Assembly: GCA_963675595.2 (NCBI GenBank)
Contig: CAXXLZ010000002.1
Location: 928,001 to 992,000, forward strand
Reading direction: 5' to 3'
DNA length: 64,000 bases
DNA from: Thermodesulfobacteriota bacterium
GTDB taxonomy: Bacteria > Desulfobacterota > Desulfarculia > JACQYL01
A program made the position numbers and the translations under genes. Below the pieces are notes generated by a model. That model made no database searches. It saw only the letters and a program-made list of their open reading frames with translations, and was not told where the DNA came from. Positions 62,114 through 64,000 of this stretch are shown here, piece after piece; position 1 is the first letter of the stretch; each line of letters begins with the position of its first letter.

Positions 62114-62605
62114 TTACAGCTTCTTGTTCGCCTCTAAATCCCATCCCGTCTTTTGAGTCTTTGCCGGCTTGCCCATCGAGTCCGACCCAGCGTATTCCCA
62201 ACGGATTTTGCCGTAGTTGAAGGACACTTCCTCAAGGGGCTTCGAGTCTCCGCCTTGGGAAGCACCGCCCGGACGGACACCGGACACAATGGCATTTTCC
62301 AGTATGTATTTCATATAGGGATGTTTGTCTCCAGTTGCCTCACACAATTCCACTTCGATTTTCTTGATGTGTCGGCCGTCGCAGCAGGCAAGGGCCAGTA
62401 TGGGGCTTGAAATATCCAAAACTTTGACTATCGACAAATCGTCAAAGTCGGCCCTTTCCGCGGAGCGCCCTCCGGTTGCGCTTGCAGCCGACGCAGGTTG
62501 GCTCACGCCGAGATTGTAGGATAGAATCTCGATCCACTGTTTGTGCTTGTCGTCGGAGCACTCACCATCAATACCGTCGATCTTCACGAACGCATCAAAC
62601 GCCAT
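62114..62605 (-). CDS. hcp: T6SS tube protein Hcp (TssD)
   Basis: MAFDAFVKIDGIDGE..D.KHK.WIE, D.SSP.L, E.VSFNYGKI.WEY and GWDL..N. Confidence 0.97.
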   Translation of the reverse strand: MAFDAFVKIDGIDGECSDDKHKQWIEILSYNLGVSQPASAASATGGRSAERADFDDLSIVKVLDISSPILALACCDGRHIKKIEVELCEATGDKHPYMKYILENAIVSGVRPGGASQGGDSKPLEEVSFNYGKIRWEYAGSDSMGKPAKTQKTGWDLEANKKL

Positions 62606-62655
62606 TTCTGCTCTCCTTTGGAATCGGTTTCGCTGATTGCCTTTTCGATAAACGG

Positions 62656-64000
62656 CTAACCTTGTTGAGCTTGCGCCGGCAGATCCGCCACCAAACGCAA
62701 GGATACTCCTAGTTCCTCCAACTGATAATGCGGCTTCAGGAAGGCCACGGCTTTGTACGATCCGGGTTTGCCCGGAACCTCGGCTACCTCGATTCTAGCC
62801 TCACGGAGAGGATAGCGTGCTTTCATCTCCTGCCCCGCTTCCTCCGTACCCAATACGTAGTCCATGATCCATCGGTTCAAAAAAGATTCGGCCTCATTGC
62901 GAGTCATGAATGAGCCGATGCGGTCCCGCATCATGGCTTTCAAATAATGCGCAAAACGGGACGTGGCCATGAGGTATTGGAGTTGGGACGACAGGCGTGC
63001 ATTGGCCGTGGCTGCGTCGGTATTGTACTTTTTCGGTTTCTGAGCGGATTGTGTTGAGAAGACGGCCGCGTAGTCCGTTCCTTTGCAATGGACCAGCGGG
63101 ATGAAGCCGAGGTCGGCCAGCTCCTTTTCCCTCCGGTCGGTAATGGCGATTTCCGTCGGACATTTCAGCGCCACTTCCCCCTCGTCCGTCGAGAACGTGT
63201 GCGTGGGCAAGCCCTCAATGAGACCGCCGCCCTCCACGCCTCGAATCGCCGTGCACCATCCGTATTTGGCGAATGCGTCCGTCAAACGGGCGGCAACCGC
63301 ATAGGCGGCATTGGTCCATAGGTATTTGTCGTGGTGCTTTCCGTCCACGTCTTCTTCGAAGTTGAAGGCTTCAACCGGCACGGTTTTCGACCCATAGGGC
63401 AGACGTCCCAACACGTGCGGAAGGGTCAGGCCCACGTATCTGGAATCTTCCGACTCCCGGAAGGATTTCCATTTGGCATACTCCGTCGTATCGAATATCT
63501 TGGCCAGGTCCCTTGGTCCCGACAGGTCGGTGAAATGATCCCATCCGAACATTTGGGATGAAGCCGCGCTGATGAAAGGCGCGTGTGCCGCGGCCGCCAC
63601 ATGCGAGAACTGCTCCAGCAGGAAGATGTCTTCTGGATGATTGCCGAACTCGAAGTCACCCACAAGAGCGCCGTAAGGCGTTCCACCGAAGGTGCCGTAC
63701 TCTTCTTCATAGACTTTCTTGAACACGCTGCTCTGGTCGAATTCGGGCGCCCGTTTGAAATCCTTGATCAGCTCCTTCTTCGTGGCGTTGAATACGGTCA
63801 ACTTCAAAGAAGTGCCGGTCTCCGATTGATGCACCAGATAGTGCAGCCCTCTCCAGGATGCCTCCAACTTCTGGAAAGGTTCGGCATGCATGATTTCATT
63901 GAGCTGTTCGGACAGAAGGCCGTCTATTTCGGCAATGCGGGCATCGATCCCGGCTGCGATGTCGTCGGAAACAACAATGGACTCGTCCATGACCTGGCTG
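62656..64000 (-). CDS. tssC: T6SS sheath large subunit TssC (VipB), 5' end outside the window
   Basis: [61 protein letters not shown]. Confidence 0.97.
   Translation of the reverse strand, partial: SQVMDESIVVSDDIAAGIDARIAEIDGLLSEQLNEIMHAEPFQKLEASWRGLHYLVHQSETGTSLKLTVFNATKKELIKDFKRAPEFDQSSVFKKVYEEEYGTFGGTPYGALVGDFEFGNHPEDIFLLEQFSHVAAAAHAPFISAASSQMFGWDHFTDLSGPRDLAKIFDTTEYAKWKSFRESEDSRYVGLTLPHVLGRLPYGSKTVPVEAFNFEEDVDGKHHDKYLWTNAAYAVAARLTDAFAKYGWCTAIRGVEGGGLIEGLPTHTFSTDEGEVALKCPTEIAITDRREKELADLGFIPLVHCKGTDYAAVFSTQSAQKPKKYNTDAATANARLSSQLQYLMATSRFAHYLKAMMRDRIGSFMTRNEAESFLNRWIMDYVLGTEEAGQEMKARYPLREARIEVAEVPGKPGSYKAVAFLKPHYQLEELGVSLRLVADLPAQAQQG

Noticed and set aside
62656-64000. Absence of tssA and tssB as a novelty
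   Set aside because: The operon runs off the window edge, where tssB (and often tssA) normally sit

Overview
The window holds most of a type VI secretion system (T6SS) locus, almost all on the minus strand. The host is probably a deltaproteobacterium (Desulfobacterota-like; inferred from gene content only). The core runs from ~37 to 64 kb: tssC (cut by the window edge), hcp, tssE-F-G, clpV, vgrG, PAAR, tssK-L-M, tagF, a PP2C phosphatase, a pseudokinase and an Hsp70-like/FHA fusion. A ~30-kb accessory arm (5.7-36 kb) encodes secreted or surface proteins: (i) two giant paralogues (2371 and 2725 aa) built from 193-aa/579-bp repeats with different C-terminal tips, plus a short third paralogue broken by a TGA; (ii) two tandem PKD + FGE-sulfatase (C-type-lectin fold) genes whose 3' ends show the codon pattern of diversity-generating-retroelement (DGR) variable regions and share an identical 132-bp IMH/hairpin-like 3' element, with no template repeat or reverse transcriptase in the window; (iii) a TssJ domain on a ~430-aa coiled-coil stalk, next to a DUF4398 lipoprotein; (iv) a PEGA-FGE (TagR-like) protein, a lipoprotein and two paralogous beta-propeller-like genes flanking a decayed ORF. 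The left edge is a recD2 pseudogene broken by IS256, an IS21 end and IS1634, with an IS3 element nearby. I recognised no classical toxin domain. The best candidate for an undescribed system is a T6SS with a rebuilt envelope module and a possibly DGR-diversified surface-recognition arm. All domain calls come from motif recognition by eye, not database searches.
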